From assembly GCA_965203465.1 (NCBI GenBank), contig CBDBCR010000001.1:384001-448000 (forward strand): a stretch of DNA of 64,000 nucleotides, written 5' to 3'. Under the pieces are notes generated by a model, which did not search any database, was not told the DNA's origin, and saw only the letters and a list, made by a program, of their open reading frames with translations. This DNA comes from Nitrosopumilaceae archaeon. Its GTDB lineage: Archaea > Thermoproteota > Nitrososphaeria > Nitrososphaerales > Nitrosopumilaceae. Below, piece by piece: positions 29,070 through 37,372 of the stretch (position 1 is its first letter; every line of letters starts with the position of its first letter). Made by a program: the position numbers and the translations under genes.

Positions 29070-29721
29070 GAGCGCGCGTGAGCATCATTATCTCGGGGCC
29101 CGTGGTGAACGAGCCGACCACGGCGCACTTTTCGTTGACCAGCATGCCCGACGAGACGAAGGGCACGCCGCCGTTGACAGTGGCCGGCTCCAGCTTGGCC
29201 CCCATCGCCTTTGAGAGCTTTCTGACCTGCTCCTCGTCGGCCTCGGGGTGCACGATGCCGCCGGACGAGTTTGCCCGCAGCATCGCGCCAGATTGCACGT
29301 AGCCTGCCACCCGCGAGCGGACCACCTCGACGCCGAGCGCATCGCCGGCCATGCTGGCCGCGTCGGGCTCTATGAGGGGAGAGACGACCGCGCCCCTGTC
29401 GTTGGCCGCTATCAGGTTGCCCAGGGCGTTGTGGCGCGTCTGCAATACGCAGACCTTGAGGCCCGTCTTTTCGACGGCGGACACCTCGGAGGGGTGCGCC
29501 GTGGCCGGCAGCAGCGCGGCGCGGCTGTTGGCCACCATCATGGCGCCCACGACCCTGGTCCCGCCTACCGTGGTCAATACGGGCTCGGCGCCCAGCAGCC
29601 CGGCCAGCCTCTCGGCCTTGGCCTCGGCGAAGCCGCCGGGCAGGAACACGAACCCGTCGTTGGCCGCCGCGTACACGCCGACGTTGGGGCCCCTGTACAC
29701 GTCGCACTTTGCGATGTCCAC
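29023..29721 (-). CDS. eif6: Translation initiation factor aIF6
   Basis: GPNVGVY, LGNLIAAND, TVNGG, VGSFTTGPE. Confidence 0.93.
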   Translation of the reverse strand: MDIAKCDVYRGPNVGVYAAANDGFVFLPGGFAEAKAERLAGLLGAEPVLTTVGGTRVVGAMMVANSRAALLPATAHPSEVSAVEKTGLKVCVLQTRHNALGNLIAANDRGAVVSPLIEPDAASMAGDALGVEVVRSRVAGYVQSGAMLRANSSGGIVHPEADEEQVRKLSKAMGAKLEPATVNGGVPFVSSGMLVNEKCAVVGSFTTGPEIMMLTRALMGGISGDPQAGPPR

Positions 29722-29752
29722 GGCGCGCGGGCCGGCCGGAGCGTTATAACCA

Positions 29753-29766
29753 TTAGGCAGACCTAA
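29753..29766. promoter_or_regulatory. Palindrome TTAGG-N4-CCTAA, possible DtxR-family operator
   Basis: Perfect 5-bp inverted repeat between the eif6 and ferredoxin TATA boxes. Confidence 0.4.
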
Positions 29767-29800
29767 CGGGGCAGTCTAGGTTTAAATTACAACTTTGTAG

Positions 29801-30340
<540 letters not shown>

Positions 30341-30410
30341 GGCACATTCTCAACTTTTTGTATAGGGCTCATGCCCAACAAATTTTAACCGCGCGCCCCG
30401 CGCGCGCACC

Positions 30411-30494
30411 GCAGAGGTAGCCTAGCCCGGCAGGGCGCGGGCCTTGAGAGCCTGTGCGAGAGATCGCGCGGGGGTTCGAATCCCCCCCTCTGCG
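30411..30494 (+). tRNA. tRNA-Ser(TGA)
   Basis: GCAGAGG/CCTCTGC acceptor, CT-TGA-GA loop, long variable arm, G73. Confidence 0.96.
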
Positions 30495-30495
30495 C

Positions 30496-31431
30496 CTAGC
30501 CCAGCTCGGCCAGCATGGCTGCCAGCTGTATCTCGGCGTTGGCCCCGGAAAGCAGCCGGTAGTCGTACTCTGCTATCCGCTCGAGGGCGCGCGCCGGATC
30601 GGGTAGCCCGACGCGGAAGACCGAGCCGGCCGCGTGCTTTACAAAGTCCGATTCGGACATGCCGTGCACCTTGACCAGCTCTATCATCTTGGCGCGCGCT
30701 TCTTCGAACTTGCCGCCGGCGGCCAGCCGGACCGCCGCGTCGACTTCGGAGGCGCGCGAGAGGCCGGCGGCGGCCTTTACGGACGCCTCGGTTATCTTGC
30801 CCTGGCCGGCCGCCGCCTGGAGCGAGTTTATGGCGTGGCGCAGGTCGCCGCCGGCCAGCTCGTAGAGCGCATCGACGCCGTCGGGGCCTATGGAGACCTT
30901 CTCCTTCTTGGCTATCGAGGCCAGGTGCGCGACGGCCTCTTTTTTGGGGACGGCGCCGAAGCGGAACGAGGCGCACCTGCTCTGTATCGGATCTATTATC
31001 TTCGAGACGGTGTTGGCTATGATGATGAAGCGGCAGTGGGCCGAGGCGTCCTCTATTATGCGGCGCAGCGCCGTCTGCGCGTCGGCGGTCATCTCGTCGG
31101 CCTCGTCCAGTATTATCAGCTTGAAGGGCACCTGCGCGATGCCGGCGAACCTCGAGAACTTTTTGACCTTTTCGCGCACCATCCCGATGCCGCGCTCGTC
31201 CGATGCGTTGAGCTCCAGCGTCGAATCCTTCCAGTTTTCGCCCAGCACCTGCCTTGCGATGCACAGCGCCGTGGTGGTCTTGCCCACGCCGGCCGAGCCC
31301 GAAAAGAGCAGGTGCGGCATCTGCCCCGCCTCCTCCAGCAGGGCGCCTATGCCGCCGGCCACGTCGGCCTGCCCGACCAGCTCCTTGAGCTCCCTGGGCC
31401 TGTACTTTTCGGTCCACATGATGCCGGACAC
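30496..31431 (-). CDS. rfcS: Replication factor C small subunit
   Basis: WTEKYRP, GSAGVGKTT, ELNASDERG, DEAD, QSRC, GDLR. Confidence 0.96.
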   Translation of the reverse strand: MSGIMWTEKYRPRELKELVGQADVAGGIGALLEEAGQMPHLLFSGSAGVGKTTTALCIARQVLGENWKDSTLELNASDERGIGMVREKVKKFSRFAGIAQVPFKLIILDEADEMTADAQTALRRIIEDASAHCRFIIIANTVSKIIDPIQSRCASFRFGAVPKKEAVAHLASIAKKEKVSIGPDGVDALYELAGGDLRHAINSLQAAAGQGKITEASVKAAAGLSRASEVDAAVRLAAGGKFEEARAKMIELVKVHGMSESDFVKHAAGSVFRVGLPDPARALERIAEYDYRLLSGANAEIQLAAMLAELG

Positions 31432-31450
31432 GCCCCCGGCTCCGGCGGCC

Positions 31451-31485
31451 CCGTACAATAAGGTTTATACGGTACTGTACGGTAC
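31451..31485. promoter_or_regulatory. TACGGTAC direct repeat (period 10) plus inverted half-site flanking the rfcS TATA box
   Basis: TACGGTAC-TG-TACGGTAC at 31468-31485; CCGTAC at 31451-31456. Confidence 0.55.
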
Positions 31486-31589
31486 CGCTGCCCATGCAGC
31501 AGACGGACGGGCCGGCCCGCAAGTCAACAATATTTGACCCCCGCGGCAAAACGCTTCACTCCGGCGAGGCACCCTCGGATCGGCCATAC

Positions 31590-32111
31590 GTGCTGGTGGG
31601 CGACATCGCCTCGGTGGTGCGCGCGGGCACCGCCGGGTTCAACCTGGAGGACGTGCAGGTGCTCTTTTCGGAGGACGTCGACCTGGAGGTCTCGGGCGTG
31701 CGCGTCGAGGGGCGGCGCGGCGAGATGGCCAACCTGCCGCGCTGGGTCGCCGAGGCCGTCTCGGAGCAGGGCCGCGGCGAGATGCAGGACGAGGACAGTT
31801 TCGTGGAGCTAAAGCAGGCGGTCGTCAAGGAGAACGCGCAGGGCGAGTTCGACGTGGCGCGCCTGGACGGCCACTTTTACATACGGCTGCGCGCCTACAC
31901 CAAGCGCTTGCCCGAGCGCGACCGCGAGAGGGCCGGCAGCCTCCTGAACGATCTGGTGAGGAAGAGGCGCGGCAAGCTGGTCAGGCTGGCCGACTCGTCG
32001 GAGCTGACCGCCGAGATATCCGCGAAACTGAGCATAGAGGAGAAGGCGTTCTACGAGGCGGTCAGGCGGGCCAGCGAGGGGTTCGAAAGGGCGATGCTCG
32101 GTGGCGCTTGA
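31590..32111 (+). CDS. GINS complex subunit (Gins23/Psf3-like)
   Basis: LPRWVA B-domain, FY.R, KRRGKL..LA, LS.EEK; coupled to mcm; start uncertain. Confidence 0.85.
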   Translation: MLVGDIASVVRAGTAGFNLEDVQVLFSEDVDLEVSGVRVEGRRGEMANLPRWVAEAVSEQGRGEMQDEDSFVELKQAVVKENAQGEFDVARLDGHFYIRLRAYTKRLPERDRERAGSLLNDLVRKRRGKLVRLADSSELTAEISAKLSIEEKAFYEAVRRASEGFERAMLGGA

Positions 32112-34179
32112 ATACACGCAGTCGGGCCTCTCGGACCGGGTGACCGAGTTCCTCTCGAGGTTCCGCGGCAAGGACAGATCGTACTCTTACGTCCACGAGA
32201 TAGACATGATGATGGCGCGCGGCGCGCGGCACATAGCAGTCGACTACAACGACCTGGTGGAGGTGCCCGAGATAGAGTCGGTGTTCTCGGATAGCCCCGA
32301 CTCGGTGCTCGAGGCCTTTTCCAGCTCGATCAGCAGGATACTGGAGGTGCGCTTTCCGAGGTACGCCGAAAAGATACGCGACCAGACGCGCGTGCGCGTC
32401 GTAAACTACCCGGTGCAGCGCAGCCTGCGGCAGATAAACGCCGAGGTGATAGGCAAGATGACCAGCGTGATGGGGATGGTCGTGCGCGCATCGGAGGTAA
32501 AGTCGCTGGCGCGCGAGGTGGTGTTCAAGTGCCCCGACGGCCACGTCACGCAGATAATACTGCAAAAGGGCATGAACATCGCGCCGCCCCCAAAGTGCTC
32601 CAACCCGAAATGCGCCCACCGCTCGCTCGAGGCCAAGCACGAGTCGAGCAAGTTCATAGACTTCCAGATGCTGCGCCTGCAGGAGCTCCCCGAGGACCTG
32701 CCGCCGGGCCAGCTGCCCCACTACGTGGACGTGACCATAAAGCAGGACTTGGTGGACAACGCGCGGCCCGGCGACCGGATAATACTGACCGGCATCGTGC
32801 GCATAGAGCAGGAGCCCATATCGGGGGTCACCAAGGCTCACAGCGGGGTGTACATACACCGCATCGACGGCAACAACATCGAGTTCCTCGGCGGGCGCGG
32901 GACCGGGCAGCGCAAGTCCGAGCGCGAATCGATATCGCCCGACGAGGAGAAGAAGATCCGCTCGCTGTCGCGCAGCCCCGACATCTACGAGAGGCTGGTC
33001 AACTCGTTCGCCCCCCACATACAGGGCCACGACCTCATAAAGGAGGCCATACTGCTGCTCATAGTCGGATCCACGCAGAGGACGATGCCCGACGGTAGCA
33101 AGATACGCGGGGACATCAACGTCTTCCTGGTGGGCGATCCGGGCACGGCAAAGTCCGAGATGCTCAAGTTCTGCGCGCGCGTGGCCCCGCGGGGCATGTA
33201 CACCTCGGGGAGGGGCTCGACGGCGGCCGGCCTGACCGCGGCGGTCGTGCGCGACAAGACCGGCATAATGATGCTCGAGGCGGGCGCGGTGGTGCTCGGC
33301 GACCAGGGCCTGGTGTGCATCGACGAGTTCGACAAGATGAAGCCGGAGGACCGCAGCGCCCTCCACGAGGTCATGGAGCAGCAGTCGGCCAGCATCGCAA
33401 AGGGGGGCATCGTGGCCACGCTCAACGCGCGCACCTCGATACTGGCCGCGGCCAACCCCATGTACGGCAAGTACGACCCGTTCCGCAACATAGGCGAGAA
33501 CGTGGACCTCCCGATACCGCTGCTGACGCGCTTCGACCTCATATTCATCATACGCGACCAGCCCTCGCGCGAGCGCGACCAAAAGATAGCGCGCCACATC
33601 ATATCGATGCACGCGGAGCCGGGCTCGGCGGGCCGCTCCGTCGTCGACATCGATTCCCTGACAAAGTACCTGGCGTACGTGCGCCGCCACGAGCCGGAGA
33701 TGACGCCCGACGCCGAGCAGCGCATACTCGACTACTACCTCAAGATGCGCAACATCGAGGACGAGCACATGATAACGGTCACGCCGCGCCAGCTGGAGGG
33801 GATAATACGGCTGGCCACCGCGCGCGCCCGCCTGCTGCTCAAGGAAAAGGTCGACGACGAGGACGCCGAGCGGGCCATATTCCTCATAGAGCAGATGCTC
33901 GGGACCGTCGGCGTGGACGCGGCCACCGACAGGCGCGACCTGGGCGTGCTGTACGGCAAGCCGCAGAGCGACACGAGCCGCATGTCAATGTTCATGGACA
34001 TACTCAAGAAACTGGAGGGCGAGCGGCCCACGCCGGTCCACGAGGACAAGCTCGTGAAGGAGATGGTGCAGAGCAGCAAGTTCAAGGACGCGGAGGACGC
34101 CAAGCAGTTCATCAAGCGCATGGCCAACGGCGCGTCCATCTACGAGTCGAAGCCGGGCCACTACAGCCGCGTGACATAG
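32101..34179 (+). CDS. mcm: MCM replicative helicase
   Basis: RGDINVFLVGDPGTAKS, GLTAAV, CIDEFDKM, AAANP, TRFD, TPRQLE; Zn finger; no intein. Confidence 0.97.
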   Translation: MALEYTQSGLSDRVTEFLSRFRGKDRSYSYVHEIDMMMARGARHIAVDYNDLVEVPEIESVFSDSPDSVLEAFSSSISRILEVRFPRYAEKIRDQTRVRVVNYPVQRSLRQINAEVIGKMTSVMGMVVRASEVKSLAREVVFKCPDGHVTQIILQKGMNIAPPPKCSNPKCAHRSLEAKHESSKFIDFQMLRLQELPEDLPPGQLPHYVDVTIKQDLVDNARPGDRIILTGIVRIEQEPISGVTKAHSGVYIHRIDGNNIEFLGGRGTGQRKSERESISPDEEKKIRSLSRSPDIYERLVNSFAPHIQGHDLIKEAILLLIVGSTQRTMPDGSKIRGDINVFLVGDPGTAKSEMLKFCARVAPRGMYTSGRGSTAAGLTAAVVRDKTGIMMLEAGAVVLGDQGLVCIDEFDKMKPEDRSALHEVMEQQSASIAKGGIVATLNARTSILAAANPMYGKYDPFRNIGENVDLPIPLLTRFDLIFIIRDQPSRERDQKIARHIISMHAEPGSAGRSVVDIDSLTKYLAYVRRHEPEMTPDAEQRILDYYLKMRNIEDEHMITVTPRQLEGIIRLATARARLLLKEKVDDEDAERAIFLIEQMLGTVGVDAATDRRDLGVLYGKPQSDTSRMSMFMDILKKLEGERPTPVHEDKLVKEMVQSSKFKDAEDAKQFIKRMANGASIYESKPGHYSRVT

Positions 34180-34205
34180 GCGGGGCAAAAATAGGGAGAA
34201 ATGGG

Positions 34206-34568
34206 CTAGTTGCCCACGTACAGCGATATGAGGATGGTGCCGACCGTCACCCCGGCTATGACGCCGGCGACCAGGCCGTTGCTCTTTTTGTTCGAGCCCT
34301 CTTCGCACACCTTTACGGAGAATATGTATCCTATCGCCTCGATGATGGTCAGGACGATGAACGCATAGTGGCCGCTCGGAGTCGGATAGGCCCACGGGTA
34401 GTAAAAGTACCCCGCGGCGGTGCCTCCAAAGGTCGCAAGCCACGCAGCGATGAACGAGAGCGTGATGATGCCGGTCATGTTTTCCACACGGCGGCCGATC
34501 ATCTTTTCGACGTCTGCGCTTGAACCCCCGGAACCCCCGGCTGAGCCGAATCCTTTGGGTAGTGTCAT
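34206..34568 (-). CDS. amoX: Ammonia monooxygenase subunit X
   Basis: 120-aa, 3-TM protein MTLPKGFG...GYFYYPWAYP, divergent from amoA. Confidence 0.85.
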   Translation of the reverse strand: MTLPKGFGSAGGSGGSSADVEKMIGRRVENMTGIITLSFIAAWLATFGGTAAGYFYYPWAYPTPSGHYAFIVLTIIEAIGYIFSVKVCEEGSNKKSNGLVAGVIAGVTVGTILISLYVGN

Positions 34569-34693
34569 CTCGGGGCGGGGTCGCCGTAAAATCCTTTTAA
34601 ACCTTTGCCAGCCGACCCCCCAGCGCGCGGATTCGGGCCCCCTGGCACGGAGCCTGTAAAATTTTATATACTGACCGCCGCCCACGGCGGCCA

Positions 34694-35344
34694 ATGGTCT
34701 GGCTTAGACGGTGCACCCACTACCTGTTCATAGTGGTGGTCGCGGTCAACTCTACCCTCCTGACTATCAACGCAGGGGACTACATCTTCTATACCGACTG
34801 GGCCTGGACGTCGTTCGTCGTCTTCTCCATATCGCAGACACTCATGCTGTCTGTGGGAGCGGCGTACTATCTGACGTTTACAGGAGTCCCCGGAACCGCA
34901 ACCTACTACGCGCTGATTATGACGGTCTATACGTGGATTGCAAAGGGCGCTTGGTTCGCCTTGGGCTATCCGTACGACTTCATAGTCACCCCCGTATGGC
35001 TTCCTTCGGCGATGCTGTTGGATCTGGTGTATTGGGCCACGAAGAAGAACAAGCACAGCTTGATACTCTTCGGAGGCGTACTGGTAGGGATGTCGCTGCC
35101 GCTCTTCAACATGGTGAATTTGATCACCGTGGCAGACCCACTAGAGACGGCGTTCAAGTACCCGCGGCCGACGCTGCCGCCGTACATGACGCCAATCGAG
35201 CCCCAGGTAGGCAAGTTCTACAACAGTCCTGTCGCCCTGGGAGCCGGTGCCGGCGCGGTCTTGGCCTGCACGTTCATGGCGTTGGGATGCAAGCTCAACA
35301 CGTGGACGTACAGGTGGATGGCCGCCTGGTCAAAGTGGGACTAG
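34694..35344 (+). CDS. amoA: Ammonia monooxygenase subunit A (archaeal)
   Basis: MVWLRRCTHYLF...NAGDYIFYTDWAWTS...WMAAWSKWD. Confidence 0.99.
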   Translation: MVWLRRCTHYLFIVVVAVNSTLLTINAGDYIFYTDWAWTSFVVFSISQTLMLSVGAAYYLTFTGVPGTATYYALIMTVYTWIAKGAWFALGYPYDFIVTPVWLPSAMLLDLVYWATKKNKHSLILFGGVLVGMSLPLFNMVNLITVADPLETAFKYPRPTLPPYMTPIEPQVGKFYNSPVALGAGAGAVLACTFMALGCKLNTWTYRWMAAWSKWD

Positions 35345-35363
35345 AGCCCTTTCTTTTCATTTA
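35345..35363 (+). terminator. amoA oligo-T terminator
   Basis: TTTCTTTTCATTT just after the stop codon. Confidence 0.55.
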
Positions 35364-35470
35364 CCCGGCCGGAGCGGCGGGCCTGCGCTCGGCTTGGTGT
35401 AATTTTTTTCGCGCTTTTGTAAAATGTTTTTTTCTCCCCCTCTCAAATAGCCCGGGGCGGCAGGCGCGCC

Positions 35471-36361
35471 GTGCAGGGGCAGTCCACGGTCCAGCTCGTG
35501 CGGCCGTTCCTAAAGTGGGCCGGCGGCAAGCGGCAGCTGCTCCCCGACCTCGAGGCCTTGGTGCCCCGGGGGATCAAAAGATACCACGAGCCGTTCCTCG
35601 GCGGCGGGGCCCTCGCGTTCCGCCTGATGTCGACGAGGCCTGATCTGGAGTTTTCCGGCTCGGACGCCAACGCCGATCTGATAGACGCGTACCTCGCCGC
35701 GCGCGACCGCCCGGCCGAGCTGCTCTCGGCGCTGCGGGATCTGGAGGGCAGGTACCTCGCGGATCCCGAAACGTGCTACTATTCGGTGCGCGGATCCGAG
35801 CCGCGCGGGCGGGTGCAGAGGGCCGCCAAGCTCCTGTTCCTGAACCGGACCTGCTACAACGGGCTGTACCGGGTCAACAGCAGGGGCGTGTTCAACGTGC
35901 CGCACGGCAGGTACGAGCGGCCCAACATAGTCAACGAAAAGAAGGTGCGCGCGGCCGGCGAACTGCTCCGCTCCCGCCGGGCCCGGATATCGTGCGGCGA
36001 CTTTTCCTCGGTGCTCGACGAGGCCGGGCGGGGCGACTTCGTCTATTTCGACCCGCCCTACCTGCCGGCCTCGCCGACCGCGTTCACCGCCTACACATGC
36101 GGCGGGTTCGGGCGCGAAAAGCTCGAGGAGCTTGCGCGCGCGTGCGCCGAGCTCGATTCGCGGGGAGTCATGGTGATGGTCTCCAACACCGACGCGCGGG
36201 CCGTCTCGGACATGTTCGCAGGCTGGCACGCGAGGCATCTTGCCTCGCGCCGCATGGTCAATTCGGCCGGCTCGGGGAGGACGGGCCACACCGACCTGCT
36301 ACTGACGAATTACAAGCTCCGGGCGGGATCCGGACCCGCGACCTTTACCTTACCAAGGTAA
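35471..36361 (+). CDS. dam: Dam-family DNA adenine methyltransferase
   Basis: KWAGGK, EPFLGGG, LNRTCYNGLYRVN..G.FNVP.G, DPPY, SN. Confidence 0.92.
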   Translation: MQGQSTVQLVRPFLKWAGGKRQLLPDLEALVPRGIKRYHEPFLGGGALAFRLMSTRPDLEFSGSDANADLIDAYLAARDRPAELLSALRDLEGRYLADPETCYYSVRGSEPRGRVQRAAKLLFLNRTCYNGLYRVNSRGVFNVPHGRYERPNIVNEKKVRAAGELLRSRRARISCGDFSSVLDEAGRGDFVYFDPPYLPASPTAFTAYTCGGFGREKLEELARACAELDSRGVMVMVSNTDARAVSDMFAGWHARHLASRRMVNSAGSGRTGHTDLLLTNYKLRAGSGPATFTLPR

Positions 36362-36388
36362 CGCTCTACCAGGCTGAGCTACCGGAGC
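36315..36388 (-). tRNA. tRNA-Thr(GGT) with atypical T-loop
   Basis: GCTCCGG/CCGGAGC acceptor, TTACC-TTGGTAA-GGTAA anticodon arm; T-loop TCCGGAT. Confidence 0.9.
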
Positions 36389-36467
36389 AGTGCACGCGGG
36401 CGGCGGGCAAATCCTTATAATTCTTGGTCGCCTAAAGCGTTAAATCGGCGCGCGGCGCCGTCCGTTC

Positions 36468-36572
36468 GGAAGGGTCGTCTAGCCCGGCCAAAGCGGGCCC
36501 GGAGCCCTTGGAAACGCGGGACTTAAGATCCTGTCTCTTAGGAGTCCGTGGGTTCGAATCCCACCCCTTCCA
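36468..36572 (+). tRNA. tRNA-Leu(TAA) with 20-nt D-arm intron (36494-36513)
   Basis: GGAAGGG/CCCTTCC acceptor, CT-TAA-GA loop, BHB motif; intron removal restores the GTC/GAC D-stem. Confidence 0.92.
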
Positions 36573-36591
36573 TAAAAAAAGGGGCGGGGGC

Positions 36592-36975
36592 TCACTTGTG
36601 CCTGAGCCCCCTGGAGTTGAGAGTCTCGTAGACGTCGGGCAGCGACCAGACGAATCCGATGTGGACGCAGTCCTTTTCCTCGCACAGCATGCAGTAGAGC
36701 TCGCCGCGCTGCACGGCCACCTCCACTATCCTCTTCTGCAGGTTGTCCCTGAGCACGACGCGGTCGTCGTCCACAGAGACCTTCTCCAGCTTTGGGGCGT
36801 GCCTCGCGAAGGTGCTGTCGCGCTGCATGGTCTCTTCGAGCATGTACGTGACGTACCCGGCTAGGCTGTTGACCCCCTTGGAGGCCATCTTTTCCTTGTT
36901 GGCCTTGAAGGTCTCGTGGAACTTGTCGTATATGGTCTCCGAGATCGTTATGGACTTGAATCCTGGCTTGGGCAT
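36592..36975 (-). CDS. Ribbon-helix-helix protein with C-terminal CxxC-x4-CxH Zn-finger
   Basis: FKSITISETIYDKF (RHH strand-helix), SLAGYVTYMLEE, LYCMLCEEKDCVH; TATA at 36997-37004. Confidence 0.75.
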   Translation of the reverse strand: MPKPGFKSITISETIYDKFHETFKANKEKMASKGVNSLAGYVTYMLEETMQRDSTFARHAPKLEKVSVDDDRVVLRDNLQKRIVEVAVQRGELYCMLCEEKDCVHIGFVWSLPDVYETLNSRGLRHK

Positions 36976-36993
36976 TACGGTATAGTTCGGTAC
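36976..36993. promoter_or_regulatory. Direct repeat between TATA box and ATG of the RHH gene (putative auto-operator)
   Basis: TACGGTAT-AG-TTCGGTAC; 15/18 identical to 31468-31485. Confidence 0.5.
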
Positions 36994-37175
36994 AGAGTAT
37001 ATAATGTTTGGGTTCTGCCCCGGCCGGGGCGCCCTGTACGAAAATCGGCGGAATCGGCCGCCGGCCGGGGAGAGACTTTCGGGCGCGCGGCGCCGCGCCA
37101 GTCGGCAGACGATCGCCGTGCACGGCATCCTTTCGGCGCACTCCTGCAGGCCTTGCGGTCGAGCCTGCCGCGGCA

Positions 37176-37290
37176 GGCGAGCGGGCAGGGCTGCGATCCC
37201 GAAATCGTTTCGCCCCAGACGGCCGCGGCCGCGGGCAGGAGGAGAGCCGGGCGAGCGGGCAGGGCTGCGATCCCGAAATCGTTTCGCCCC
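37176..37290. repeat. 41-bp exact direct repeat x2 with 33-bp spacer
   Basis: GGCGAGCGGGCAGGGCTGCGATCCCGAAATCGTTTCGCCCC at 37176-37216 and 37250-37290. Confidence 0.9.
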
Positions 37291-37372
37291 CTAGCCGGCA
37301 GGGCATGCTATTTGTACACCAGAAAGACAGTTGATCCGACACGATTTAATAAAGCGCCGGCCTCGCGGGCGT

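Noticed and set aside
31432-31589. Replication origin beside mcm
   Set aside because: No cdc6/orc1, no ORB-like G-string repeats and no long AT-rich unwinding element
32101-34179. Inteins in MCM or RFC
   Set aside because: Lengths are normal and the Walker motifs are uninterrupted
37176-37290. CRISPR array
   Set aside because: Only two repeats, no leader or cas genes, and the spacer resembles flanking sequence; kept only as a repeat
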